Source of the DNA: an uncultured virus (IMG/VR IMGVR_UViG_3300030117_008055)
Taxonomy: Duplodnaviria; Heunggongvirae; Uroviricota; Caudoviricetes
Length of the DNA stretch: 56,818 nt
Reading direction: 5' to 3' (one strand)
Virus record (IMG/VR): IMGVR_UViG_3300030117_008055
Span: 62,001-118,818 of that record
Part shown: positions 1 through 9,793 of the stretch, piece by piece
Layout: the number at the start of each line of letters is the position of its first letter
Numbering within the stretch: position 1 is the stretch's first letter
The notes under the pieces: generated by a model
Seen by the model: only the letters and a program-made list of their open reading frames with translations
Databases searched by the model: none
Told to the model about the DNA's origin: nothing
Position numbers and translations under genes: made by a program

Positions 1-1
1 A

Positions 2-547
2 AGAAAATTCAGATGGCTTGTGAGCTTCAGTAATATTGGACAGCAAGCTAGCTTTATGTGTGTTAGCGTCTCCAAGCCATCAGCCAACATAGATGTTCAC
101 AAGCATGAATTTTTAAATCATGAATTTAAATTTCCAACCAAGCTTAAGTGGCAACCTATAAGCGTTAAGTTTATTGATTCGTTTCAAGCAGACATGGGAA
201 ATAAATTCTATAATTTAATGAGAAATTCTGGTTACCAAGCACCTGAAAGCTTTGAGGCTGCAAAAATGGGCTTTACTAAGTCACAAATGCAGTTTGCTAT
301 CGGTCAAGTTACAATTAGCCAGTATGATGGTGGTGACGTCGATGTAGATCCGTCCACTGTTGCAATTACTGACAACCCAGGCTTTAACTTAGGAGTGCCA
401 AGAGAAACTTGGACTTTGCATAATTCTCTTATGACTTCTGTTAAATTTGGTGACGGTTTGAGTTATACTGATAATGGCATAGTTGAAGTTGAAGTTGGTT
501 TAGAGTATGATTATGCTACAATTTTAACTGGCCCACTAGCAGTATAA
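2..547 (+). CDS. Tail tube protein (T4 gp19-like), 5'-truncated by the window edge
   Basis: Frame is open from base 2 (RKFRWLVSF...). It has gp19-like motifs (KLKWQPISVKFID, ETWTLHN, LSY...VEVEVGLEYDYA) and lies upstream of the chaperone and tape measure genes. Confidence 0.8.
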   Translation, partial: RKFRWLVSFSNIGQQASFMCVSVSKPSANIDVHKHEFLNHEFKFPTKLKWQPISVKFIDSFQADMGNKFYNLMRNSGYQAPESFEAAKMGFTKSQMQFAIGQVTISQYDGGDVDVDPSTVAITDNPGFNLGVPRETWTLHNSLMTSVKFGDGLSYTDNGIVEVEVGLEYDYATILTGPLAV

Positions 548-571
548 AATAAATAAATTTACGAGGTAAAA

Positions 572-1432
572 ATGAGAAACAACGAGAAGCGCGTTGGGCA
601 ACCAGGGGGCCAAAACCCTGAGAGCCCAGCTGCAGCAGTTGCTGCGCAGCAGTCTCAACCACTTTCTTTTGTAACACCAACGCAGTTTGTTGAGTTGCCT
701 TCTAAGGGAGAGCTTTATCCTGAAGGACACCCTCTTCATAAGCAAGGGGTTATCGAAATTAAGTATATGACTGCCAAAGAAGAAGATATCCTAACTTCAG
801 AGGCTTTGCTTAGACAAGGCTTGGCGTTGGAGCGTCTTTTGTTTAGCATTATTTTGGATAAAAGAATTGATCCCGAAACACTACTTTCGGGAGATCGCAA
901 TGCAATACTTATTGCGGCCAGAGAGAGTGGGTATGGTGCATTATATGAGACAAAAATAACTTGTCCCTCATGTGGTAGTGTGTCGGACTATACTTTTAGC
1001 TTAGAGGAAAAAACACTTAGCTTAGGCTGCTTAGATGACAACATACTCAAAGACAATTCTGTTAGATTGAAAGACGGAGTGCTTTATACAATGCTTCCCA
1101 AAACTGGTGTTGAGGTAGGCTTTAAGCTTCTTACAGGCAAAGATGAAAATGATTTGTCAAACCAGTCAAAACAAAAGAAAGCCAAAGGTCAGCATAATAC
1201 GGTTACAGATCAGTTGTATAAAATAATTACCTCTGTAAACGGAAGCGAGGATAGATATACAGTGCATGAATTTATTATGTCTATGCCTATTAGTGATTCT
1301 AAACTTTTAAGAAAACTGCATAGGAAAATGACACCTAATGTAGATTTAACTCAGCTATACGGCTGTTCTAAGTGCGGTCACACCACAGACATGGAGGTGC
1401 CGTTTAATACGGAATTTTTTTGGCCTGAATGA
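572..1432 (+). CDS. Baseplate hub assembly / tail assembly chaperone (T4 gp26-like)
   Basis: VELPSKG.YP, MTAKEEDILT, GDRNAILIAAR, two CxxC motifs and a C-terminal FFWP; lies between tail tube and tape measure. Confidence 0.8.
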   Translation: MRNNEKRVGQPGGQNPESPAAAVAAQQSQPLSFVTPTQFVELPSKGELYPEGHPLHKQGVIEIKYMTAKEEDILTSEALLRQGLALERLLFSIILDKRIDPETLLSGDRNAILIAARESGYGALYETKITCPSCGSVSDYTFSLEEKTLSLGCLDDNILKDNSVRLKDGVLYTMLPKTGVEVGFKLLTGKDENDLSNQSKQKKAKGQHNTVTDQLYKIITSVNGSEDRYTVHEFIMSMPISDSKLLRKLHRKMTPNVDLTQLYGCSKCGHTTDMEVPFNTEFFWPE

Positions 1433-1607
1433 TGAATATATGGAATATGTCTATAATGACTTTTTCCTATTAAAATACCACGGTGGCTGGAGTTTCATCG
1501 AAGCCTATAACTTGCCTGTGGGATTGAGAAAGTGGTTCTTGAAAAGGTTGCAACGTCAATTTGAAGACGAAAAAGATGCGATCGAAAAGGCCAATGAAGA
1601 TAGTTAA
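1422..1607 (+). CDS. Short gp51-like / chaperone extension ORF missing from the ORF track (GLNDEYMEYVYNDFFLLKYHGGWSFIEAYNLPVGLRKWFLKRL...)
   Basis: Translated by hand. The W-S-x-x-E-x-x-x-L-P-x-x-x-R pattern is typical of tail chaperone extension domains. It begins right after a T7 run (1415-1421); alternative ATG at 1440. Confidence 0.7.
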   Translation, partial: GLNDEYMEYVYNDFFLLKYHGGWSFIEAYNLPVGLRKWFLKRLQRQFEDEKDAIEKANEDS

Positions 1608-1611
1608 TACG

Positions 1612-1641
1612 AGGAGGGCTAGCGCCCTCCTTTTCTTTTTT
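1612..1641 (+). terminator. Rho-independent terminator
   Basis: AGGAGGGC-TAGC-GCCCTCCT hairpin followed by a T-rich tract. Confidence 0.85.
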
Positions 1642-1649
1642 GTATTAGC

Positions 1650-1657
1650 ACTATTTA
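1650..1657 (+). promoter_or_regulatory. Candidate late promoter ACTATTTA (related copies at 14589, 22607, 31037, 32572, 42866, 43692)
   Basis: Recurrent intergenic CTA[T/C/A]TTA motif just upstream of virion-type genes, with no -35 element. Confidence 0.55.
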
Positions 1658-1676
1658 GTTTAAGGGGTACAGTAAG

Positions 1677-4277
1677 ATGTCTGACGCAGAAAATCTAGAA
1701 AAAATCCTGCAGCTAATGAAAGACATAGCTGCAGAGAAGATAAAAGCTAGTCAGCTAAGTCGTGGCGAACGAGAGGACGTCGCCGCGTTGTCTAATTTAT
1801 TATTACAGCAAGAAAGTACCACAAACAAGCTTATACAGCAATATAATAGAAAAATACAGGCTGCTAGATCTAATCAAAAAGAAGAACTCGCGCTGCAGCT
1901 TGAACAAGAAAAAAAATTATATGACTTTATTCAAAGAAAAAGACAAGCTGAGGGCAATGCTCTTAAACAAAGCGCTGAAGAAGCCCGCAAAAATAACGAC
2001 ATTCAGATTAGAGATCGAAAAGATGCTCAAGATAAATTAGAAAATAATGTTAAAGCATCTTTTGACAGGCAAAGCAGCAGTTATAGGGCGTCGAATGTAT
2101 TGTTGAAAAAAGTTCAAGAAGCTCAGCTTGCTGCTCTCGGCAACCTGGCCACAAAGATGAATGTTAACACAAAGAAAGCCGGCGCCGGCGTACAAAACGT
2201 ATTTGGCGAGATTATTAAAGGAAGCGGCGGTCTTGGAGGCAAGGTAGTAAAGATTGGTGGAGAATTATTAGGTGAAGTTATCGGCATGGGTGCGGATGTT
2301 TTAGAAGGCCAAGCAGACACAATTAGCACAGCTACTAAAAACATTGTTAAAGATTTAGACACTCAGTACAGAAACTTCAGAAAAACAATTGGTTTTGGAC
2401 TCAAAGAGTCCCAAGCAGCATTTCTTGCCGTAATGGACGACGAAGCTGAGCTAGCTCAGAGATTTAATAACAATGCGGCCGCAGCACGAGCCGGTTTGAA
2501 GATGATATCCGATATCTATATTGATCCTAGTGATGCCGCGGCCGCGATGAAAGAGCTAGCACAAGGTGTTTCTACATTCTCAGAAGTAATGAAAGCCACT
2601 CCAGATATTGGCGCAGCCATGGCCAACAACGTTGCAGCTCTGGGTCGCCTAGGTATCTCACAACAAGCTACAGCCAAAACAATGGAAATTGGCTCAAAAG
2701 CTATGTCTATGAACGGCATAGAAATGATTAAACTTACGCGTCAAGTTGTTGCGACAGGTTTAGCAATTGATAAAGACTTGAATCAGGTCATGGCAGACTT
2801 TAATACTATGGCGCCTCAGCTAACTCAGTTTGGTGAAAACATGACCACAGTTTTTGCTAAGCTTGAGGCTCAGTCTAAAGCAACAGGTATTGCTGCAGGT
2901 GATCTTTTAAATACTGCAATGAAGTTTGATACTTTTGAAGGCGCAGCGCAAGCTGCTGGTAAGCTAAATGCTATCTTAGGAGATACTGTTGTCGATACAA
3001 TGGCACTAATTCATGCCTCGCCAGATGAAAAAATTGAAATGTTACGACAAAGCCTTGATGATGCTGGCAAGTCATTTGATGATATGCATCGTCGCGAGCA
3101 ACAAGTTATTGCTACTAGTTTAGGATTAGGCAGTGTCATGGAGGCGCAAAAGCTATTCAACGAAGAAAATGCTGATGCATATGAAAGCTATGCTAGTAAT
3201 TTTGAAAAAGGAATCGATACAAGCAAAACTCAAGACCAAATTAAAGAACTTGCCAAGTCAACTGCAACAATTAATGATGTTCTTGAGGGAGCTGCATCAA
3301 ATATGGCTAGCACGATTAACGTTGCTACTTCTGCGTTAAGAGCTACAGCAGAGACTATATATAAAACATTTACTGGCACTACAGATACCGTTCGAGGTCT
3401 CGCTGGTAGTTCAGACACTGCGTCAAAAGCAGCGATTCAACAAGCAAAAGCAGCTGACAAGGTTCAGGAGAGCAATAAGAAACTAAAATCCTCTTATGAT
3501 AACTTAAAGGGGGCAGCTCCAACGCCAACTGCAGCAAAGGTACCTTCTCCAAAAGAAGCGCCAAAGGGAATCATCGAAACTCTCATGCCTGCACCAAAAA
3601 AAGCTGTGGATCCTTCAGAGATATCAAAAGCTCAAGCACTTGCTTTCCAAGACAGAACTGCTATTTTAGCTCAGGCACAGGCCGGCGTTAGAAATGTTGA
3701 AAACGCTATGAAGATGTTTGGAGATATTAATGCTCCTGGTGGTCAATCACTTGAAAAGAAGGCTACTGTCGCCGTGACGATGCTTCAGGACGAAATGAAA
3801 GAAGTTGTTAAAGACTTAAGCAAGAATCTAGGCGTAAGCATGGAGGAAGCATTTAAAATAGGTATGGATCTAGAACTCTTTGCTCCCGCACTGGCTGCTT
3901 CGGCTAATATTATTGAAAATCTTGCAAAGCAAGAAAAAACAGGACCGGCCGAAGCTGGAATTCCTATTGCGCGTATGGTGGAAATGCTCAAAGCAGAAAA
4001 AACTGTGCCTGAAGCCATACCCATGGTTAGAGAGTTTGAGACATTAAAAACAAAAACTTTAGATAGCACAGTTCATATGGAAAAAATTACTTTACTTCAA
4101 GAGATACAAAAAGAATCAAATGATCAAGTAACAAAAAACATGCAAGAGCTAGTGCAGTTTGTGAAAGAGAATCAAAAGGTCGCCGATGCTGGTGCTGATG
4201 TAAAAACTTTAACACTTAGACTGGGACAGAGAGAATTTGCAGCGGTGGTTGAAGATAGCTTAAAGATGTTAAGATAA
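1677..4277 (+). CDS. Tail tape measure protein
   Basis: 866 aa, Ala/Gln/Lys-rich and helical, with FDTFEGAAQAAGKLNAILG; canonical position after the chaperone. Confidence 0.8.
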   Translation: MSDAENLEKILQLMKDIAAEKIKASQLSRGEREDVAALSNLLLQQESTTNKLIQQYNRKIQAARSNQKEELALQLEQEKKLYDFIQRKRQAEGNALKQSAEEARKNNDIQIRDRKDAQDKLENNVKASFDRQSSSYRASNVLLKKVQEAQLAALGNLATKMNVNTKKAGAGVQNVFGEIIKGSGGLGGKVVKIGGELLGEVIGMGADVLEGQADTISTATKNIVKDLDTQYRNFRKTIGFGLKESQAAFLAVMDDEAELAQRFNNNAAAARAGLKMISDIYIDPSDAAAAMKELAQGVSTFSEVMKATPDIGAAMANNVAALGRLGISQQATAKTMEIGSKAMSMNGIEMIKLTRQVVATGLAIDKDLNQVMADFNTMAPQLTQFGENMTTVFAKLEAQSKATGIAAGDLLNTAMKFDTFEGAAQAAGKLNAILGDTVVDTMALIHASPDEKIEMLRQSLDDAGKSFDDMHRREQQVIATSLGLGSVMEAQKLFNEENADAYESYASNFEKGIDTSKTQDQIKELAKSTATINDVLEGAASNMASTINVATSALRATAETIYKTFTGTTDTVRGLAGSSDTASKAAIQQAKAADKVQESNKKLKSSYDNLKGAAPTPTAAKVPSPKEAPKGIIETLMPAPKKAVDPSEISKAQALAFQDRTAILAQAQAGVRNVENAMKMFGDINAPGGQSLEKKATVAVTMLQDEMKEVVKDLSKNLGVSMEEAFKIGMDLELFAPALAASANIIENLAKQEKTGPAEAGIPIARMVEMLKAEKTVPEAIPMVREFETLKTKTLDSTVHMEKITLLQEIQKESNDQVTKNMQELVQFVKENQKVADAGADVKTLTLRLGQREFAAVVEDSLKMLR

Positions 4278-4289
4278 GGAATTTTAAAA

Positions 4290-5159
4290 ATGTCATTTAA
4301 AATAGCAGCAGAAATAGGTATACTAGGTGAGTCACGTTTTGCAAATGTGCCTTTTAAAGGACCAGGCGAAGGGTTTGCACCTAGTCGAGAAGCTGAAGCT
4401 GGCACGAAAATAGAATTTATACCCATACACTATAATAACGCACCCGTCATCTCATTCATAGCTTTTATGCCCAGTATTAAAGACAATATTAAACAAGGCA
4501 TTCAGACAACACAGCCTTTTGGACGTCTAGATCCGATTAGGATGTGGAGAAGTTCCGAAAGAACAATAGATGTTAGCTTTAAGATAGCTTCCTCATCAAA
4601 AGAAATGGCTTTAAGAAATTTAAATAACTTAAGTTGGCTTTTAGCTTCGACTTATCCAACATATGATTCTTCAAAGTGTGGCTGCGCAACCTCGGTTGCC
4701 GCATCACCAATGTTTCGTGTTAAATACGCTAATTTAATAACTAGCACATCGAACTATGACGGCTTGTTATCTGTCATACAGGGGGTAGGGGTTGAGCACA
4801 ACTTTGAAAGAGGTGTTATACACATCGATGCCGATGGTAAAGATAGCAGCCTTTTAACAAATGCTAAGTTTCCAAAACAAGCTGGCAATTATTTAGTTGC
4901 ATCCGAAATTTCAGTTAGTTGCACTTTGGACGTCGTGCATGAGGACTCGCTAGGATGGGATTATCACACCGGAGAGTGGCGAGGGCGTACTGGTGCTGGA
5001 TATCCATATGGATTAGGCACCATAAAAGTAGCTGCCGACCCTCCTGCCTCTGGTGGCGGCGGCGCAACATCTCAAGGTTTAAGTCAAGACTTTTTTCAAA
5101 ACGCAGAAAATACTTACGGCCGAGAAGCAGAGGCTGCAGCTGCAAAAATACTTGGATAA
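4290..5159 (+). CDS. Baseplate/tail-tube initiator protein (gp48/gp54-like)
   Basis: FGRLDPI...SERTIDVSF...YPTY...PMFRVKYANLI pattern; follows the tape measure gene. Confidence 0.55.
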   Translation: MSFKIAAEIGILGESRFANVPFKGPGEGFAPSREAEAGTKIEFIPIHYNNAPVISFIAFMPSIKDNIKQGIQTTQPFGRLDPIRMWRSSERTIDVSFKIASSSKEMALRNLNNLSWLLASTYPTYDSSKCGCATSVAASPMFRVKYANLITSTSNYDGLLSVIQGVGVEHNFERGVIHIDADGKDSSLLTNAKFPKQAGNYLVASEISVSCTLDVVHEDSLGWDYHTGEWRGRTGAGYPYGLGTIKVAADPPASGGGGATSQGLSQDFFQNAENTYGREAEAAAAKILG

Positions 5160-5165
5160 AAGATT

Positions 5166-5498
5166 ATGAGATACTCAAAGAACAAAATAAAAACCAGTAA
5201 AAATCGTGCCTACAGACAATACTTAAAAAATCGCGGTTTAAAACACATATCACATTACAATACAAGCAAGCTTAGGCACCCTACTGTTGAAAATTTACAA
5301 GATTTCGAAAGAGTTAGTCATGTTTGGAAAACTGGAGATAAGTGGTATAAATTAGCTGACTTATACTATAAGGATCCAACTAAGTGGTGGGTAATTGCTT
5401 TTTACAATCAAAGACCTACAGAAGCACATGTGACTCCTGGTGAGGTTGTATATATACCACTGCCCTTAGATTCTATTTTATATCAGATAGGGTATTAG
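5166..5498 (+). CDS. LysM-like baseplate wedge protein (gp53/GpX-like)
   Basis: HVWKTGDKWYKLADLYYKDPTKWWVIAFYN...PGEVVYIP is a LysM-type pattern. Confidence 0.8.
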   Translation: MRYSKNKIKTSKNRAYRQYLKNRGLKHISHYNTSKLRHPTVENLQDFERVSHVWKTGDKWYKLADLYYKDPTKWWVIAFYNQRPTEAHVTPGEVVYIPLPLDSILYQIGY

Positions 5499-5499
5499 T

Positions 5500-8319
5500 A
5501 TGAGCAAAGACACATCTCAGTCAGCAGCGACTGACAAAAGCATAACCTCAGAAGAGCAGGCTCAAATAGATGCGCAAGGAGCTGTATCATCTCCACAGTC
5601 TGAGCAAGCTGATTTGCAAAAGCGCAAAGATCAGCTTAAAGAAACACAAGCTGCAAAGCAAAAAAAAGCAGCTAGAAGAAACGCAGAAAGAAATCTTAGA
5701 AACATTCAGCAGTGCTTATTGTGTGAAAACATAGATACAATTTCAAACTATCATAGACAAAATTCTGATAAGTTTGCATATCAAGTTATTAGGCAAATGT
5801 ATGGCTCTAGTGAGAGGATTGTTAATGAGCTAAAAAGCTTGCCTGACCTCGATGGCTTCTTTTGTGTTAGAACATCTATTTTATCTCTGCTGCAGCCGGA
5901 TATAAGAATTTTTAAAGTTACTCATGAAGTGGCTGCTCCAACACCAGATGGTGTCGCTAGAGAGCCCAAGACAAACCCCACAAGACCAACATACAGAGAA
6001 ATAATTTTTTCTAGTGTTTTTGGGACTGAAAACGCAACTAGCACTCAGCAATATTTAAACTCTGAAGCCTCAGAGCCAAACTGGAGAAATGTTGGACTTC
6101 AAAGCTTTACCTTTAATCAGTTTGGTAAATCACATGGAGCAATGGAGCAGAACATTCAGTGTCAATTAAGGCTTTATGTTAAAAGCCTAAAAGATTTAGT
6201 TGCGATATCTCCCGGCTCTCAGGCCAGGTATGTTGACTTGATGCTTTGGCCAGAGGCAAAAATTAACAGAGATACACAACAATATAATCCCAAACATTAC
6301 GAAATAAAAGTTGTCATGGGCTACAAAAGACCACCTAAGCAAGCTCTAGAAGGACTTAAGCCAACAAGAGAAGAAAGAGAATTTTTAAAGAATATACATC
6401 TTTTTAATTACGTTGTTTCTTTGACTCTTTACAAGTATGATTTTAGCATTAAAGAAACTGGCGAGGTTGACGTTACAATAGATTATTTTGGAAGAGTCGA
6501 TTCTGTCTTTAATAGCTCCGCGGCATCTCCATTAAAGGGCGGCATAGTTGTTGCAAAAAATGGAGGAAAGCTGGAGCTAAAGCCTGAAATGAAAGGAAGC
6601 CAGGATTTTATGACATTTTCAAAAATAAAAAGTCAATTAGGAAACTTGGTAGTTTCTAAACAAAATCCTGATTTAGCCACTGGTGATTTAATTGATCAAG
6701 TAGCAGAATTATTAAAAAATCCACTCTTTAGGCACATGTATAAAGATGCTTATGATATTATAATCACAAAAGAGTTTGAACCTGCGGATGTTCAAACTGC
6801 TTTAGATAACTTAACTTCTAAAGAAGGCGCTAGTTTGATGGCAGCTGTGCTTCGAAGACAATCTATGAGCATAAAAGGAGAGGCATTTCAACTTTTTATG
6901 AAACAACTTCTTGATGGCAATACTATTAGTGAAGATGTCGGTGATAGAATGTTTGCGATTAGTGTCAATAAGGAAAATATGGATACGGCACTTGGCATTA
7001 TAAATGCACCCGCCAAAGGAGCAGACAAGGCAAAGAGAGAAGAAATAAAAACTAATACTTCAAATGCAATCGGATTAGCTGCAAAAAGCGTCAGGGTTGG
7101 AAAAGTCAAAGATTTGTCATCTGTTTTGAACTCGCTTCAGAAAACCGAGGAACAAGCCGGCGACCTAGCTTCAAATGTAGAATCAGAATCTTCATCTAAG
7201 GACGCTGCGTCTATAGACACAATTAAAGGCGCCGCGGCACAATCAATTGTCACCAGCAAGTCAACAGGAGACTCATATGAATTTTATTTCATATATCTTG
7301 GAGACATTATAGAATTAGCAGCAAAAAATGCTGGCATGTTCGCTTTCCTAAAAGAAGAAAAGCCTCCGTTTAACCCTGATTCCTACATGACTCAGGAAGT
7401 TGATAAAGACTACACGCTGACTAATATGAGGCTTTTGCTTGGGCCTTTAGAATACCAAGATGCATCTGGAAAAATTCGCAGCATTAATTTGGCTGAATTT
7501 CCGATATCATATGATTTATTTCGCAATTGGTTTTTAACCAAAATAGTCAGGGAGGATAACTCTAAGATATCTCTTGGCAGTTTTTTAAATAAATTAATAA
7601 ATCAGTTGGTACTTCCATCTTTGGGGGCGGACTGCTTACGTCCTATAAAATTAAGAAACACAAGGTTTCAAAACATATATGTGACAATTCCTGGAACTCC
7701 TGTCGGGTCTGCTGAGCAGCTTCAGGGCGCTTTTGATACTGCGGAACTTTTACCAATGGAAAGGAAAATAGACGTATCCTCAGGCAGATTTGCAGCTGCG
7801 TTTAGCAAGCCCGCAAGACAGAAAAGAGAGGCAGGAGTTGAGGCCATAGTAAAAAATAGTTATGACTATAAACTAATCCAAGTAAATTCTATTAAAAGCA
7901 TTGTCTCTAGAAAAGCAGATTGTAAGGAAGACTTAAAAGATGGAATATATCATTTTAATATTGGTTCCGACAGGGGTATTTTGAAAGAAATGATATTTTC
8001 GAAAACTGACCTGCCTGGCTTAGCAGAGCTAAGATCAGCTCAAGCGATAGAAGCTGGAGGCGACCAGCTAAAACAATTAGCATTTCCGTTCAACTGTAAT
8101 TTAAAACTAGTTGGAAACACACTATTTATACCAGGTATGATATTCTATGCTAATCCTAGCTTTTTGGGGCTAGGCAACCCTCAAGACAAAAATTCTATTG
8201 CTTATCAATTAAATTTAGGGGGCTACTTTTTGGTCTTAACAACAAAAACAACAATTTCCCCAGGCCTCTTTGAAACTGAGGTGGAAGGCGTTACTATCGG
8301 ACACGGGAAGGTAACATGA
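5500..8319 (+). CDS. Baseplate hub protein (gp27/GpD-like)
   Basis: C-terminal LKLVGNTLFIPGMIFY...LGGYFLV...GLFETEVEG hub motif; position in the baseplate module. Confidence 0.6.
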   Translation: MSKDTSQSAATDKSITSEEQAQIDAQGAVSSPQSEQADLQKRKDQLKETQAAKQKKAARRNAERNLRNIQQCLLCENIDTISNYHRQNSDKFAYQVIRQMYGSSERIVNELKSLPDLDGFFCVRTSILSLLQPDIRIFKVTHEVAAPTPDGVAREPKTNPTRPTYREIIFSSVFGTENATSTQQYLNSEASEPNWRNVGLQSFTFNQFGKSHGAMEQNIQCQLRLYVKSLKDLVAISPGSQARYVDLMLWPEAKINRDTQQYNPKHYEIKVVMGYKRPPKQALEGLKPTREEREFLKNIHLFNYVVSLTLYKYDFSIKETGEVDVTIDYFGRVDSVFNSSAASPLKGGIVVAKNGGKLELKPEMKGSQDFMTFSKIKSQLGNLVVSKQNPDLATGDLIDQVAELLKNPLFRHMYKDAYDIIITKEFEPADVQTALDNLTSKEGASLMAAVLRRQSMSIKGEAFQLFMKQLLDGNTISEDVGDRMFAISVNKENMDTALGIINAPAKGADKAKREEIKTNTSNAIGLAAKSVRVGKVKDLSSVLNSLQKTEEQAGDLASNVESESSSKDAASIDTIKGAAAQSIVTSKSTGDSYEFYFIYLGDIIELAAKNAGMFAFLKEEKPPFNPDSYMTQEVDKDYTLTNMRLLLGPLEYQDASGKIRSINLAEFPISYDLFRNWFLTKIVREDNSKISLGSFLNKLINQLVLPSLGADCLRPIKLRNTRFQNIYVTIPGTPVGSAEQLQGAFDTAELLPMERKIDVSSGRFAAAFSKPARQKREAGVEAIVKNSYDYKLIQVNSIKSIVSRKADCKEDLKDGIYHFNIGSDRGILKEMIFSKTDLPGLAELRSAQAIEAGGDQLKQLAFPFNCNLKLVGNTLFIPGMIFYANPSFLGLGNPQDKNSIAYQLNLGGYFLVLTTKTTISPGLFETEVEGVTIGHGKVT

Positions 8320-8320
8320 T

Positions 8321-9790
8321 ATGTCAACCTCTGCATTAGAAATATTCTCTGCTAGAAATAATATAAATGATAATTATAAAGAATTTGCAGATATCAAATA
8401 TTTTGATCTTCATAGGAAGCACTTCTTATATGGTCGGATCGATCGCGATGGAGATGCAGTTGAATTATTAGATACAAACCTAGCTCAAATCGAGGGTGGT
8501 GCAAGAACTGAATTTGCAGTTGATTTTGTTAAAGATGCGTATGATTTTTTGAGAAATGAAATTTCAAGGCTAACAAAAGGAAGTTACATAGAGCCGAACA
8601 GTGTTTATAATCCAAACTCATTTCAGGTCTATAAAGCCTGGCGCTCAGGAGATTTAGAATACAGCTATTATCGCTACTTAAACAATCTATACACAGACTT
8701 TGTACAAAACTTTTTAGAGCGGGAGCGTCGTTTTGAATATATCTTAAACTTTGATACTTTTATGCAGCAATTCTTTAAGTATATTAGTACGATTGCATAT
8801 CGATTTCCTATTACGAAAACCGGATACATACTGTCAAACCATTGTTCTCCTTTTGTTAGCGGGTTAATGATTGAAATAGCCAAAGAACAGCATGGAATCG
8901 TAAATGACAAGCGTATTTTGGACTTTACAGAAGACCCAAATTATACATTGATAAAGAGAGCTACTAAGCGTGTTGGATTTATGGTGGATAGAAATGCACC
9001 CTGGAGGTTTGTTTTTAATTTAGCTTCTGGTGGCACAACTAAAGGCGGTAAGTTTAATACCGACATGATTAAAACTTACGATGGTAAAAAAATAAGTCAA
9101 AAATTAGTGGGCACTGGTGGCGCGTTCTTTATGAGTAAGTATGGAGTTACTTTCTTAAAGCAAAGAAAGGACGCTCCAGTGGGAGAGTCACATCCGCTGG
9201 CCGGCACTTCGTTTAGCACCCACGTCTTTGATCAGTATTATAGAAAAACACATTTACATGAGATAGAAAACATTAGAAATTATATGTTTTTATTTTATTC
9301 TTCATTCTTTAATCAGTTTACTACGTTTAGCAAGCTTGAAGAATATCAATGTCAGACTTCACTAGAGTTTAACACAAAATTAGCAATAAAATATATTAAT
9401 AGAAGGGAGTTGCCTGGACAAGATCCTAGATTTGCAGGAACAAACGTTTTGATCCCAGATGTTTTTAATAAAACATATAAAGATGATTTTTGGCTGAGTT
9501 TTATTTTGAGGTTTAGGCTTTTGGAGACAAAACAAAATTTATCGGAAGCAAGACTGCAGAGAATAGAGCGAGATATGATGGGAATATATAGGGCCATAGG
9601 AAGAACAGCTGCTTTAAATTACATTAATAACTTGACAAAAGGCTTTCACGATCTTAAGTTTGTACATGAAGGAGATTACCATCAAGGGCAACCACGATCT
9701 GAATACGAATCAAGAAAAAGAAAGTCTCTCATGGAAATATACGAGAGCACAGACACTGAACTAGTTGCGACTTTGAATGAAATAAAATAA
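8321..9790 (+). CDS. Hypothetical protein, probably virion-associated
   Basis: 489-aa ORF abutting the hub gene; no recognised motif. Confidence 0.5.
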   Translation: MSTSALEIFSARNNINDNYKEFADIKYFDLHRKHFLYGRIDRDGDAVELLDTNLAQIEGGARTEFAVDFVKDAYDFLRNEISRLTKGSYIEPNSVYNPNSFQVYKAWRSGDLEYSYYRYLNNLYTDFVQNFLERERRFEYILNFDTFMQQFFKYISTIAYRFPITKTGYILSNHCSPFVSGLMIEIAKEQHGIVNDKRILDFTEDPNYTLIKRATKRVGFMVDRNAPWRFVFNLASGGTTKGGKFNTDMIKTYDGKKISQKLVGTGGAFFMSKYGVTFLKQRKDAPVGESHPLAGTSFSTHVFDQYYRKTHLHEIENIRNYMFLFYSSFFNQFTTFSKLEEYQCQTSLEFNTKLAIKYINRRELPGQDPRFAGTNVLIPDVFNKTYKDDFWLSFILRFRLLETKQNLSEARLQRIERDMMGIYRAIGRTAALNYINNLTKGFHDLKFVHEGDYHQGQPRSEYESRKRKSLMEIYESTDTELVATLNEIK

Positions 9791-9793
9791 TCT

